Positions 42,035-52,138 of a stretch of DNA of 64,000 bases are shown piece by piece. The position numbers were made by a program, and so were the translations under genes. Under the pieces are notes generated by a model. It did not search any database. It was given only the letters and a program-made list of their open reading frames with translations, and was not told the origin of the DNA. Every line of letters begins with the position of its first letter. Positions within the stretch are counted from its first letter, which is position 1. This DNA comes from Abditibacterium sp. Lineage in GTDB: Bacteria > Armatimonadota > Abditibacteriia > Abditibacteriales > Abditibacteriaceae. The DNA is taken from assembly GCA_965199495.1 (NCBI GenBank), contig CBDASK010000003.1:3584001-3648000 (forward strand). Direction: 5' to 3'.

Positions 42035-42043
42035 GTAATCTCG

Positions 42044-42436
42044 TCATTCTTCCGCTCTCGCCTCGTCCAACCCCGCTTTCATCTCCGCCACAACCAACGC
42101 GATACCCTCAGCCACGTCCAATGCGCTGCGGTAAACATCCTCGTTGCTCACGCGAATAAATCGCACTCCCAAACTTTCGATTTCGCGTTGCCGAACTGCG
42201 TCATATTCCTGCGCGACTTCGCCCGCGTGCGATTCGCCATCGACTTCGATGGCCAGATGAAGCGACGGACAATAGAAATCCAACACATATTTACCAATCG
42301 AAACTTGGCGGCGAAATTTTACGCCTAATGCTTCATTGCGCAACTGCTTCCACAACAATCGTTCGGCGACAGGCATCTCGGCACGCAGTTGCTGGCGCTT
42401 GAGCGTCCCATCGCGATTGTTGAAGATTTTACGCAC
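42044..42436 (-). CDS. DUF559 family (Vsr-like PD-(D/E)xK) endonuclease
   Basis: LRAEMPVAERLLW..LR, KFRRQ, DFYC, IEVDGESH, IRVSN. Confidence 0.92.
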   Translation of the reverse strand: MRKIFNNRDGTLKRQQLRAEMPVAERLLWKQLRNEALGVKFRRQVSIGKYVLDFYCPSLHLAIEVDGESHAGEVAQEYDAVRQREIESLGVRFIRVSNEDVYRSALDVAEGIALVVAEMKAGLDEARAEE

Positions 42437-42437
42437 T

Positions 42438-42884
42438 TTAACTCAGTAAAAAGCCGCCGACTTTGTCGTCTTTGACGCTCATCTGCGCCAGAAAATCGTC
42501 GCCGCCATCTTCAAATCTCACGCGCCACAGATAAACCACGTAACCGGAGCGATTGATTTCGCCCAGATAATTGAACGTATGTTCGCCCTTTAGACGCGGC
42601 GCGACTTGCTTTGTCACCTGTTGAAATACCGGCGGCGTGAGAGCGGTCTTAAAATCGTCGTCGGCAAATGCGATGAACGCGGCGCGGTTGTTGTCTTCGA
42701 TGGCGCCCATCATCGCCTCGAAAGTCTCGCTCGCGAATTTGGGTGCGACTGGCGCGCTTTGCGGTTCTGCTGGCGCGACTTGAGCGAGCGGCGGCTCGGC
42801 TTGAATCGGGGCATTTTGTGCTTGTGCGACCGAACCGATGAACGCGACTGATGCTAAAATTTGCAATGTTTTTGAGAATTTCAT
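42438..42884 (-). CDS. Hypothetical secreted protein
   Basis: Signal peptide (VAQA); small soluble domain. Confidence 0.7.
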   Translation of the reverse strand: MKFSKTLQILASVAFIGSVAQAQNAPIQAEPPLAQVAPAEPQSAPVAPKFASETFEAMMGAIEDNNRAAFIAFADDDFKTALTPPVFQQVTKQVAPRLKGEHTFNYLGEINRSGYVVYLWRVRFEDGGDDFLAQMSVKDDKVGGFLLS

Positions 42885-43003
42885 CCGAACTCCTGTGACC
42901 GAAATGGCTTGGCGAAAAGTATCGCTGGCGATAACGTCATCCGCAATGCGACTTGTTTTGTATCGCTAATACTGCGGCGAAGGTTTTGCTCCCTCGCGGC
43001 GCA

Positions 43004-43900
43004 ATGCAAACCACTCCAAATTCTCCGCAAATCGAACAACTCGCCGCCGATTACGCGGGCGGCAAACTCAATCGCCGCGACTTTTTGGCGCGCCTCGCCG
43101 CTATTACCGGCAGCATGGCGGCGGCGCATTTGTTGGTCGAAAAGAGCGGGTTGGCCCAGACAATTTCGGATAAAGAGACTGCCGAGGGCGCCATCAAAAT
43201 TAGCGGCGCCGATGTCGATTTTTCGACGCCCAACACCAAAATCGGCGGTTATCTCGCCGCGCCCGCAACGGGCCGGGGCGACGGGCCGTTTCCCGGCGTC
43301 GTGGTGATTCACGAGAATCGCGGCCTCAACGAGCACACGCGCGATGTCGCGCGCCGCTTCGCCATCGAAGGTTTCGTGGCGCTGGCGCCCGATGCGCTGG
43401 CGCGTCTGGGCGGCACCGCTTCAATGGCCGATCCCGACGCCGCGCGGACGGCGATTGGCACGTTGACAGCCGACCAAATTATGGCCGACTTGGACGCGGC
43501 GCTGGTTTATCTGCAAAACCAACCCAACGTGCAAAAAGGCAAACTGGGCAGCGTTGGTTTTTGTTGGGGCGGCGCGCGCTCGTTCAATCTGGCGCTCCAT
43601 AGCGACAAAATCGGAGCCGCCGTTGTGTTTTATGGGAGCGCGCCCGAACTGGATCAATTGCCCAATATCAAGGCGCCGGTTTTGGGACTTTATGGTGCGA
43701 CCGACGAGCGCATCACGTCGCAGGTGCCCGCCGTGGCTGCTGCGATGAAGGCAGCGAATAAATCTTACGAAACCAAAATTTACGACGGCGCGGGCCACGC
43801 CTTTTTCAACGATACCGGCGAACGTTATAATGCTCAAGCCGCCGCCGACGCTTGGCCGCGCGCCATCGCGTTTTTGCGCGCGAACTTGATGGCCGCATAA
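43004..43900 (+). CDS. Dienelactone hydrolase family protein (YghX-like, Tat motif)
   Basis: NRRDFL, VIHENRGL, GFCWGG and AGHAFFND motifs. Confidence 0.93.
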   Translation: MQTTPNSPQIEQLAADYAGGKLNRRDFLARLAAITGSMAAAHLLVEKSGLAQTISDKETAEGAIKISGADVDFSTPNTKIGGYLAAPATGRGDGPFPGVVVIHENRGLNEHTRDVARRFAIEGFVALAPDALARLGGTASMADPDAARTAIGTLTADQIMADLDAALVYLQNQPNVQKGKLGSVGFCWGGARSFNLALHSDKIGAAVVFYGSAPELDQLPNIKAPVLGLYGATDERITSQVPAVAAAMKAANKSYETKIYDGAGHAFFNDTGERYNAQAAADAWPRAIAFLRANLMAA

Positions 43901-44020
43901 TCGGTGAGCCTTTGACCTGCACATTTCTCCTTTAAATGTGCGGGCGCGAACACAAAGTTCGCGCCCGCGCAGCTAAAAATCGCTCCAATTGATGCCATCG
44001 CGTTGCCGACCGAACGCAGA

Positions 44021-44908
44021 TTATTTCGATAAACGCGACAACTGAAAGCCGTGACCGAAGGCTTCGCGCGCGATGGGAATAATCGGTTTGTTCGCGGGAT
44101 GCACGATGATCTCGAACGGTCTTGAACTCGCGTCCTCATCTTCTATATCAACGTAAAATACGAAGGAAAGGCCGCGCGCCTTGCTGTCGTAGATCGCGAG
44201 GCCGCCATCAGCCACGGGGAACGAATAGGTCTGGCGCTTGAGCGGTCTAACGGTTTGGCGGATTTTGCTCAGAGAATTACTTGTCGAGATTTTCTCGGCA
44301 GTAGCGAACTCACCGGCGGTGATCTGGATTTGCGCGACCTTATCGGCGCGATAAACGAGCGTTGCTGCCGCCAGCGCCATGCGGTTGTGCGTGCCCTCGA
44401 AATAATAACAATCCTGCGACAGTTTGTCGGGGCGCTTTTGCGTTTCGCCCGGTTTGCCCCACAACGCCAGAACTTTGGCGCGACTCATGCCCAGCGCAAT
44501 ATCGCCGACGCTCTGGCCGGGTTTAATGAGGCGATGACGCACATAAGACGCGTTTTGATAATTGGTTTCGGTCTGGGCCACGAACTCGGCGTTGCGCTTT
44601 TCGGTCGCCGAAAGTCGCTGCGTTTCATCGCTTGCCTTCCAATTGGCGTCCTTATGATACCATGATTGCGCGCCAAAAAACTTGGCCAAATCGGCGTCGG
44701 TGAACGGGCGACCGTGGCGCGCATAAATCGCGTTGCGAATCAGGCGACGCTCGTGCGAAGTGGTGTCCTCCAAATCTTTGCCGGTGAGCGCGCGCTCGAA
44801 CGGATATTTTTGGACATAAGGCAAATTATCTTCTTGCGCGTGGGCCGAATTGGCGCAAAAGCTCGCGCAAAGCAAGGCGAACAGAGCAAAACAAGGTGGG
44901 AGTTTCAT
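44021..44908 (-). CDS. Secreted YARHG domain protein
   Basis: Signal peptide; IRNAIYARHGRPF...FF..QSWY. Confidence 0.88.
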   Translation of the reverse strand: MKLPPCFALFALLCASFCANSAHAQEDNLPYVQKYPFERALTGKDLEDTTSHERRLIRNAIYARHGRPFTDADLAKFFGAQSWYHKDANWKASDETQRLSATEKRNAEFVAQTETNYQNASYVRHRLIKPGQSVGDIALGMSRAKVLALWGKPGETQKRPDKLSQDCYYFEGTHNRMALAAATLVYRADKVAQIQITAGEFATAEKISTSNSLSKIRQTVRPLKRQTYSFPVADGGLAIYDSKARGLSFVFYVDIEDEDASSRPFEIIVHPANKPIIPIAREAFGHGFQLSRLSK

Positions 44909-45110
44909 AGTTATTAAGGGCAATTTCACGAGTCGAGACGAGATCAACGACTGGCAACCGCTGGCTTCGACTGCTGGTCGGTTTTCAGTGTTCCCCAACT
45001 GTTTCAAATGACCAACGCCAGATACTTTTACCATAATCGCGCGATTTTCGAGTGATCCCACTTCGATTTTTCGCTTGTGCGCGCGTTCTCGCCGCGTCTT
45101 ACTGTTACGC

Positions 45111-45539
45111 GTGCTTAATTTTTTGTTGGCGATATTGGCGGGCGCAGCGTTACCCGTGCAAACCGGCGTGAACTCGACTTTGCGCGGAACCGTTGGGCAT
45201 CCGTTGTGGGCGACGATTATCTCGTTTAGCGTGGGCGCTCTAACCGTGGGGGCATTGTTGCTTGTTATGCGCGTGCCCGCACCGATAGATTTGCCGCCGT
45301 TGGGCTGGAAGTGGCTGGGCGGCAGTCTGGGCGTGATCTACGTTTGCCTTTCCTTAATCTTGGCGCCGCGACTTGGCTCGGCTTCGCTTGTCGCAACAGT
45401 TGTCGCCGGACAGTTAGTGGCGTCGCTCGTTCTCGATCATTTCGGCTGGCTCGGATTCCCGCAACATCTGATTTCCCTTCCGCGCATCGCGGGCGCGGTT
45501 TTGCTGGGAATCGGCGCGTGGCTCATTGGCCGTTATTAA
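45111..45539 (+). CDS. DMT family transporter (YdcZ/DUF606-like)
   Basis: PVQTGVNS, WLGGSLG, GQL and DHFGW motifs. Confidence 0.88.
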   Translation: MLNFLLAILAGAALPVQTGVNSTLRGTVGHPLWATIISFSVGALTVGALLLVMRVPAPIDLPPLGWKWLGGSLGVIYVCLSLILAPRLGSASLVATVVAGQLVASLVLDHFGWLGFPQHLISLPRIAGAVLLGIGAWLIGRY

Positions 45540-45590
45540 GTCCCAATAAAACACAAACTCTGCCGATGTTGCATCGTCCGTTTTCTTCCT

Positions 45591-47468
45591 GTGAAACTCT
45601 CTTTCCTCGCGCCTTCGAGCGCTTTTCTCATAGCGCTATCGTTGCTGCCAAACGTTGCGAAGGCGCAAATTGTAACGCAAAGTTCACCGCAAATCGTGCA
45701 ATCGGGCGCGACACTCACCGTTCCGGTTGCGACGGGCGACTCGAAAGTGCGCTTGCGACTGCGCAACGGCGCGGCCTATCTCGATGAAGAAACCGTCAAG
45801 CGCAACGGCAACACAGTTTCGGCGCGTTTGGATGCCGAGCCGGGATTGTATCTGTTGCGCCCGTTTTCGACCGCTAAAAACGCGGGATTAGTTGGCAATC
45901 CGCTTTCGCTTGTGGTGCCAGGACTGCGGCGCGAGGCGGGCGTCTGGCTGTTCAACGGCTCGATGTGGATTGCTAAAACGGCGCCAATTGCTAATGGCAA
46001 TCCGACGTTTTTGGCGAATCTGCGGCGTGGCGATAAAGCCAAATTGCCGGTCAGCGACGCGACTACTGGGCTTTTGGGTTGGCAAACTTTGCCGCTTGAT
46101 GCTCCGGTGATAGGTTCGGGCGCGGGCGGAAATATCGTGGGTTACACCTATCAGGCGCGCGGCGAAATGAATGGTAACTCAGCGTTGGTAGGCAATGCCG
46201 ATAAATCGCGGGCAACCATTTTAGAAGTCAGCACTTCCGACGCGCCGTTGGCCGCCCGCCAATTGCAAAACGCCGCGCGCAACGCCGATGCCGTCGTCTT
46301 AAAATTCGACGCCGCCAAACCGTGGGTTGCGCAATTGTGGCCGCTCAAAATGGCGCGTCGCATGGCCGAAGAAACCAAAGATTACGATTTGCCGATCTTC
46401 GCCGATGTGAGTTCGGGCGGGTTTTCCGATGCGCAATTATTGGAAATTTACTCCAACGGCGCGACCGGATTTTTAACCGCGCCCGGCACGCCCGAACCGG
46501 CTTGGACGCAGATTTGGGACGCCAACTCGAACTGGCTGAGCGGCGCCGTCACGCTCGAAGACATGGGCGTTACAAACACCGATTCGCCGCGTCTGGCGCC
46601 CTTACTTTCCGATTTGCGCGCGGCAGGACGCATTCCGCTCGTCGGGCAAATGCCGTCCGATAAAAATCCCAAAGGCGAATCGAATATAATTCTGCTCGAT
46701 GATTCGACGACGGCGGATATTTTGGATGGCGTCAAAACAGCAGCCACGGCGGGCAACACGGTTTACTTGGAAGGTCTGCCCTCGCCCGCGCTCTACGACA
46801 AAATGGGCGAAATCACCGGCACGCAGGTCACGCCTTTGGACGCGCCGCGCGACGATGTGATGACGCTTGACGATCCGTGGACATGGGGCGCCATCAACGG
46901 GCGCGAGTTCGCCGTGACGCAGCGCGTGACAATCGCCGTGAAAAAATCGTTGGCCGCGCAGACCAAAGAAGAAAAAGGTCTGTCCATCGAAACCGTGCCG
47001 CGCCCGGCGGCCAAACTGACGCGCGATTTGAATGGTTGGATGGTCTGTCCAGTCGGCAAAGGCCGCGTTTTCTGGATGCCGCAAAGTTTCAGCGCCGCCA
47101 AACGCCCGGATTTAACTTCGTATTACGCGGCGGTTGCGGGCGGCATGCAAACCGCCTTGCTCGAAACGACCGGCGACAGCCAGAACGTGCGCGTGGCTCT
47201 GCGCGCGACGCAGGGCCAAACCGCGTTATTGGGTTTGTTCAACGCGGGCACGACCGACGCAAAATTGAACGTCGGCGTGCGCGGCGATGCGACGTATGTT
47301 TTAGATTTGCTCAGCGATAAAACCATTGATAACAGCGTCGTCGGCTTTGAAACCAAGTTCGACGTGAGCGTTCCGGCGGGCGGCTATCGTTGGCTGGCGC
47401 TGGCGACCAACGAGGAAGCGTTGGATAAAGAACGCGAATTCAAACGCGTCAAAGCGCGCTTGAAGTAA
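45591..47468 (+). CDS. Large secreted hypothetical protein
   Basis: Signal peptide (AKAQ); long clean ORF; VGKGRV segment near the C-terminus. Confidence 0.7.
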   Translation: MKLSFLAPSSAFLIALSLLPNVAKAQIVTQSSPQIVQSGATLTVPVATGDSKVRLRLRNGAAYLDEETVKRNGNTVSARLDAEPGLYLLRPFSTAKNAGLVGNPLSLVVPGLRREAGVWLFNGSMWIAKTAPIANGNPTFLANLRRGDKAKLPVSDATTGLLGWQTLPLDAPVIGSGAGGNIVGYTYQARGEMNGNSALVGNADKSRATILEVSTSDAPLAARQLQNAARNADAVVLKFDAAKPWVAQLWPLKMARRMAEETKDYDLPIFADVSSGGFSDAQLLEIYSNGATGFLTAPGTPEPAWTQIWDANSNWLSGAVTLEDMGVTNTDSPRLAPLLSDLRAAGRIPLVGQMPSDKNPKGESNIILLDDSTTADILDGVKTAATAGNTVYLEGLPSPALYDKMGEITGTQVTPLDAPRDDVMTLDDPWTWGAINGREFAVTQRVTIAVKKSLAAQTKEEKGLSIETVPRPAAKLTRDLNGWMVCPVGKGRVFWMPQSFSAAKRPDLTSYYAAVAGGMQTALLETTGDSQNVRVALRATQGQTALLGLFNAGTTDAKLNVGVRGDATYVLDLLSDKTIDNSVVGFETKFDVSVPAGGYRWLALATNEEALDKEREFKRVKARLK

Positions 47469-47498
47469 ATTATTTGTTTGTGGTTATTTACCCCGCGC

Positions 47499-47631
47499 TG
47501 TCCTTCTGAGCGGAGTGAGGGACGAACGAAGTCGAAGAATCCATCGGTCGCGTGTTGACTTCGCATTCGTTGGTGCCGTTAAGTCATGGATTCTTCGACT
47601 TCGTTCGTCCCTCACTCCGCTCAGAAGGACA
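47499..47631. repeat. Family B2 palindrome (TGTCCT variant)
   Basis: TGTCCTTCTGAGCGGAGTGAGGGACGAACGAAGTCGAAGAATCCAT mirrored exactly. Confidence 0.9.
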
Positions 47632-47678
47632 AATGTGAGCGCGAAGTAATTATGCACCAAACGTCAAAAGTAGGAGTT

Positions 47679-47833
47679 TTAGCCTGCGTCTGTCATTTCG
47701 AGCTTGCCGAGAAATCTTACGGCCCCGCGCCAGCGGAAATGACGGGTGAGTTGAACGTAAAAATGGCTTTTACTTGCGCTGCCGCGCGGGCGTAAGATTT
47801 CTCGGCAAGCTCGAAATGACAAACGCAGGCTAA
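47679..47833. repeat. Family B1 palindrome, solo copy
   Basis: TGTCATTTCGAGCTTGCCGAGAAATCTTACGGCCCCGCGCCAGCGGAA closely matches the GIY-YIG-flanking copy. Confidence 0.9.
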
Positions 47834-47894
47834 CTGCGTAACTCCTAAAAAGATAACGAAACTTGTAATCGAAATTTTATTTCTCTCAACATTT

Positions 47895-48608
47895 ATGTCA
47901 TCACGCTTTGATTTTTGGACGGACGACCGTCCGTGGAGCGACATCCGCAATTGGCTGGTGCCGCGCGCGTTTCGCTTTTTGCATTCGGCTCTATTTAACA
48001 CGCTCAAACTTTCGACGACGGGCGTGCATCGCATGATGCCCTCGCTCGAAGGGCGCGAAAAACCAGCAGCATTGTTTGTCATCTGGCACGATCAAACTCT
48101 GGTGCCATTACACATTTTTCGCGGCACGGGCATCACGACTTTGATGTCCACTTCGCGCAATGGGCGCATGTTCGCCAATGTGTGGGCGCTCTTTGGCTGG
48201 CCGGTCGTCTACGGCTCGACCAACAAGAAAGCCGCCGTGGCTGCTTTGCGCGAGATGCTCAATCGCTTGGAAAACGGCGTCACCGTCGGCCTGACGCCCG
48301 ATGGCCCACGCGGCCCGCGCCACGAAGCGCACGGCGGCTCGGTTTATCTGGCCTCGAAAACCGGGACAGTGATTTTGCCGATGGCGTGGCGCGCGTCCGA
48401 CGCGTGGGTTTTATCCACATGGGACAAATACACGATTCCCAAACCTTTCGCGCGCGTGCATCTGCACGTCGGGCCGCCGCTCCATATCCCGCCCAAACTC
48501 AGTCGCGAAGAAACCGACGCATGGCAACTCAAACTCGGCGCCGCCATTGACGAAGCCGGGCGCGTCGCGCAGTGGGAACTGGGAGAAAGGATGAGGGCTG
48601 AAGGATAA
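47895..48608 (+). CDS. DUF374 / lysophospholipid acyltransferase family protein
   Basis: IWH, S.SRNG, YGST, TPDGPRGP and WDKYTIPKPF motifs. Confidence 0.9.
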   Translation: MSSRFDFWTDDRPWSDIRNWLVPRAFRFLHSALFNTLKLSTTGVHRMMPSLEGREKPAALFVIWHDQTLVPLHIFRGTGITTLMSTSRNGRMFANVWALFGWPVVYGSTNKKAAVAALREMLNRLENGVTVGLTPDGPRGPRHEAHGGSVYLASKTGTVILPMAWRASDAWVLSTWDKYTIPKPFARVHLHVGPPLHIPPKLSREETDAWQLKLGAAIDEAGRVAQWELGERMRAEG

Positions 48609-48682
48609 AGGATGAAAATTAGGAAGAAAGCTCCGAAATGATGAAGAGCTTTCTTCCTAATTTTCATCCTTCAGCCTTTCCC
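48588..48682. repeat. Family E heptamer repeat plus hairpin
   Basis: AGGATGA GGGCTGA AGGATAA AGGATGA, then a 25-bp inverted repeat at 48609-48670. Confidence 0.75.
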
Positions 48683-49657
48683 CTATCCCAGTCCCGCTTT
48701 GAGCAATTCGCCGATTTCCAGCCAGCCGACGGGCTGATTCGCTTCGTCCATAACTGGCGCGTCGTTAAAAGTGCGGCTTTGGAGCAATCGCAACGCTTCG
48801 AGCGCGGGCATTTGTGGGCGCAGGGCAAGTGGCGAACGCGTCATCCATTTTTCGACGGGCGACTGCAAATGCTGCGTCGCGTCGGCGCTTTGTAACAGAT
48901 GGCGCCGCACGTCGCCGTCGGTGAGATAACCGATTAATTCGCCCGTTTCGTCGGTGACGAGCGCGGCGCCAGCTCCGGCGCGCGTGATTTCCTGTAAAGC
49001 GGCGCGCACGTTGGCGTTGTCGCGACAAATCGCCACGCGTTGCTCGGTGCGCATCAAGTCGCCGACGGTCAAAGCGGCGCCGCGTCCCAGCGCGCCGCCG
49101 GGATGAAAACGGGCGAAATCGGGAATGGCAAAGCCGCGCGTTTCCATCAGACAAACCGCGATGGCGTCGCCGAGGGCGAGCGCGGCGGTCGTCGAAGAAG
49201 TCGGCGCCAGATTGAGCGGACAGGCTTCTTTCTCGACACTGGTATCCAGAGCCACATCGGCTTGCCGGGCCAGATACGATTCCAAATTGCCCGTTAATGC
49301 GATGACCGGAACGTCCATGCCGCGCACGACGGGCAACATTCCCAGCAATTCGTCGGAACGGCCCGAATATGAAATCGCGATGAGAACGTCGCCGCGCGCG
49401 ACCATACCCAAATCGCCATGCAGCGCTTCGGCGGCGTGAACGAACAACGCGGGCGTGCCAGTTGAAGCCAAAGTCGAAGCCATTTTTCGCCCAATTGCCC
49501 CGCTTTTGCCCAGTCCCGTGACGACGACGCGGCCCTGACAATGGGTCAAAATCGCGATGGCGCGCTCGAACGGTTCAGCCAGTCGCGCAGCCATTTGGTC
49601 AATAGCCGCGCTTTCGAGCGATAGGACGCGGTGGGCAATTTCGAGAACGGGAGTCAT
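48683..49657 (-). CDS. kdsD: Arabinose-5-phosphate isomerase, KpsF/GutQ family (SIS plus CBS)
   Basis: GLGKSG, EALHGDLG, EACPLNLAPTSSTT and FHPGGALG motifs. Confidence 0.93.
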   Translation of the reverse strand: MTPVLEIAHRVLSLESAAIDQMAARLAEPFERAIAILTHCQGRVVVTGLGKSGAIGRKMASTLASTGTPALFVHAAEALHGDLGMVARGDVLIAISYSGRSDELLGMLPVVRGMDVPVIALTGNLESYLARQADVALDTSVEKEACPLNLAPTSSTTAALALGDAIAVCLMETRGFAIPDFARFHPGGALGRGAALTVGDLMRTEQRVAICRDNANVRAALQEITRAGAGAALVTDETGELIGYLTDGDVRRHLLQSADATQHLQSPVEKWMTRSPLALRPQMPALEALRLLQSRTFNDAPVMDEANQPVGWLEIGELLKAGLG

Positions 49658-49686
49658 GGGGGAAAATGATTATATTTACGAATTTG

Positions 49687-49833
49687 TTCCGCTTGTCATT
49701 TCGAGCGAAGCCGAGAAATCTTCCGGCACCGCGCCAGGGGAAATATGCGCGAGTCTGAACCTGGATCATGCTTGAACCTGCGCTGCCGCGCGGTCAAAAG
49801 ATTTCTCGGCTTCGCTCGAAATGACAAGCGGAA
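49687..49833. repeat. Family B1 palindrome, solo copy
   Basis: TTCCGCTTGTCATTTCGAGCGAAGCCGAGAAATCTT ... AAGATTTCTCGGCTTCGCTCGAAATGACAAGCGGAA. Confidence 0.88.
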
Positions 49834-49858
49834 TGGATGCCTAATTAATCTGACTTTC

Positions 49859-50707
49859 CTACACGCGCGCCGCGTTGAGCGCGATTTCGATGCGGTCGAA
49901 CAATTCGAGATCGGGATTCAAATCCAACGCGGTTTTATACTGTTCTTCAGCGTCGTCTTCGCGCCCGGCGGCGCGATAAATTTCGGCCATGTGATAGGGA
50001 ATTTCGGCATTGTATTGTCCCGTATTGATAATCACCGGATGTTGGCGCACGAACGCGATGACCTGTTCTTCTGCTTTCTCCGCTTCGCCAACGCGCCCCA
50101 GCCGAAACAGTGCCCACGCGTAGGAATCGAGCGCGCCTAAGGTGCGCGCGGCTTGCAAATCCAATCGCTCCTTGTCGTCGGGCGCAAGCGCTTTGATTTG
50201 TTTGTCCCATTCGGCCAGCGAAAGTTTGGTGAGCTGGGCGGCGCGCTGCCAATCGGCGCGCGTAGTGCCCCGGTCGGCGAGCGGATAGCCGATCATGTTG
50301 AGCGTGCTGGCGCTGACCGTTCCGGGTTTGGGATTGGCGGGCAAGAACGCGCTGGCGGCGCGATATTTCGCCAGCGCGCGTTGCAGCAACGCGTCGCGAT
50401 GCGCAAGCGAAGCCTCTTTGGCGTCGTTTTCCAGTTCCTGCGCCGCCGCTGTCACCGTCGCGATGCCATCGAGCAAGCGGCCTTTGTCGTCAATCGCAGT
50501 CAGCGCGTTTCCATACTGGCGCCCGGCGCGTTGCAATTTGGCGTTGTCGGCGCTTTTGAGCGCCAGTTGCGTGTTATCGAAAGCACGACCCGCCACAAAC
50601 GACGCGGCCAGACCGCGCATTTCGGCGGCGGGCGTTTGCGTCGAGGTCGCGCCGCAACCCGACAAAATCAAAGCGGCGATGGGCAAAAGGAGCGTAAATC
50701 GTTTCAT
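49859..50707 (-). CDS. TPR-containing lipoprotein
   Basis: LSGC lipobox; DSYAWALFRLG; YKTALDLNP. Confidence 0.8.
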   Translation of the reverse strand: MKRFTLLLPIAALILSGCGATSTQTPAAEMRGLAASFVAGRAFDNTQLALKSADNAKLQRAGRQYGNALTAIDDKGRLLDGIATVTAAAQELENDAKEASLAHRDALLQRALAKYRAASAFLPANPKPGTVSASTLNMIGYPLADRGTTRADWQRAAQLTKLSLAEWDKQIKALAPDDKERLDLQAARTLGALDSYAWALFRLGRVGEAEKAEEQVIAFVRQHPVIINTGQYNAEIPYHMAEIYRAAGREDDAEEQYKTALDLNPDLELFDRIEIALNAARV

Positions 50708-50751
50708 CAAGAAGTGGAGTACCCAACGCTTTGCAGCGCGACGGGTGCGTT

Positions 50752-51270
50752 CTATTCGCGACACAAACTTAAAGCGAGCGCGCGCACGTTGCGCAGGATG
50801 CGCGCGCCGCATTCTTCGTAGGCTTCGCTGGAGCCACCATACGGATCGGGAATGTCGAATTGTGCTTCTTTGCTTTGTGGCTCGCCCCACAACGGCGCCG
50901 CCGTGGCTGCTCCGAACTCGCCCAAAATCGTGATTTGTGCGGGCATTGGCGCCGCCGTAAATCCCAACCGAAAACGCAGTTGCGTGGCCTGTTCGCGCGT
51001 CATCGCGATTAACATTTCGTCCGGCGCGAGCGGCGGCTCCCAAGATTGCGCGCGATGCTCGCTCAAATCGGCGTCCCAACTCGCCGCCACCAACTGCGCC
51101 ATCGCGTTAGCGCGGTTGCCCACGCGCGCGTTCAGGCCCGCCGAACCGACTTCGATGGGTTCCAACTGCGCGCGACACGCGGGCGCCATTTCATGCAACA
51201 CGACTTGCCACGCCGCCACCGCGAGTGGCGAGCGACAAGTGTTGCCGGAACAAACGAAAGTGATTCGCAT
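50752..51270 (-). CDS. Low-molecular-weight protein Tyr/Arg phosphatase
   Basis: FVCSGNTCRS P-loop and DIPDPYGG. Confidence 0.92.
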   Translation of the reverse strand: MRITFVCSGNTCRSPLAVAAWQVVLHEMAPACRAQLEPIEVGSAGLNARVGNRANAMAQLVAASWDADLSEHRAQSWEPPLAPDEMLIAMTREQATQLRFRLGFTAAPMPAQITILGEFGAATAAPLWGEPQSKEAQFDIPDPYGGSSEAYEECGARILRNVRALALSLCRE

Positions 51271-51299
51271 TGAGTGAATTGCAATAAAAGTTGATGCGA

Positions 51300-51394
51300 G
51301 CGCTTCGCTTTGAGCGGGGCTTACGCACCCTTCCAATCGAGTGCGAAGAAACTTCGTTTGGAAGAGGGCGCAAGCCCCGCTCAAAGCGAAGCGC
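51300..51394. repeat. REP-like palindrome related to the element at 36141-36243
   Basis: GCGCTTCGCTTTGAGCGGGGCTT...TTCCAA / TTGGAA...AAGCCCCGCTCAAAGCGAAGCGC. Confidence 0.8.
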
Positions 51395-51401
51395 AACAAA
51401 A

Positions 51402-52070
51402 TCACGAATTATCTGCCATCAAATTTTTCACCAGCGCCACCAATTCGCTCAATTCGCTAATCTGAAAATCAGCGCGGCCCGCAAAGGCAGCCACGTCGTG
51501 CCAGCGCGGGTCGGGCAGGGCGACGGTGCGCGCGCCCGCCGCGTTGCCCGACTGCAATCCGGCCAAAGCGTCTTCGATAACCAGACAATTTTCGGGTGCG
51601 GTCTGCACGCCCGCCGCCGCTTTGAGATAAATATCGGGATGCGGCTTGCCGTTTTCGACTTGCTCGCCAGTTACCACGAAATCAAAAAATTGTTCGATAT
51701 TGTGGCTCTGCAAAAACGGACGAATGAGCTGGCCGACCGAACTCGTCGCGACCGCCATTTTGAGATTCAGCGCGCGACACTCGCGCAGCGTTTCGACGGT
51801 GCCGGGATAAATCGGGATTTCGTTGGCGTAGAAATGTGCCGCGACTTTGGTGCGATGTTCGATCATTTCATCGAGCGGCGCCGCGATACCGAAATGTTCG
51901 CGATAAAAGCCAATCGCCGTCGGAAAACTGGTGCCGATGACGTGTTCTTTGAGCTGGCCGCCATAATCGGGCACGCCATAAGCCGCCAAATGTTCGCGGT
52001 CAATCGCGTTCCAGTGCATCTCGGAATCGGCGATGATGCCGTCACAATCGAAAAGTAGAGCTTGAAGCAT
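51402..52070 (-). CDS. HAD family phosphatase
   Basis: FDCDGIIADSE, ATSS, GKPHPD and VIEDA motifs. Confidence 0.93.
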   Translation of the reverse strand: MLQALLFDCDGIIADSEMHWNAIDREHLAAYGVPDYGGQLKEHVIGTSFPTAIGFYREHFGIAAPLDEMIEHRTKVAAHFYANEIPIYPGTVETLRECRALNLKMAVATSSVGQLIRPFLQSHNIEQFFDFVVTGEQVENGKPHPDIYLKAAAGVQTAPENCLVIEDALAGLQSGNAAGARTVALPDPRWHDVAAFAGRADFQISELSELVALVKNLMADNS

Positions 52071-52138
52071 GAAAGTGGGAGTATGAGATAATTACGCGAA
52101 TCACCAGTAGGAGCAAAACTTATTTTGTGCTTCAATCT

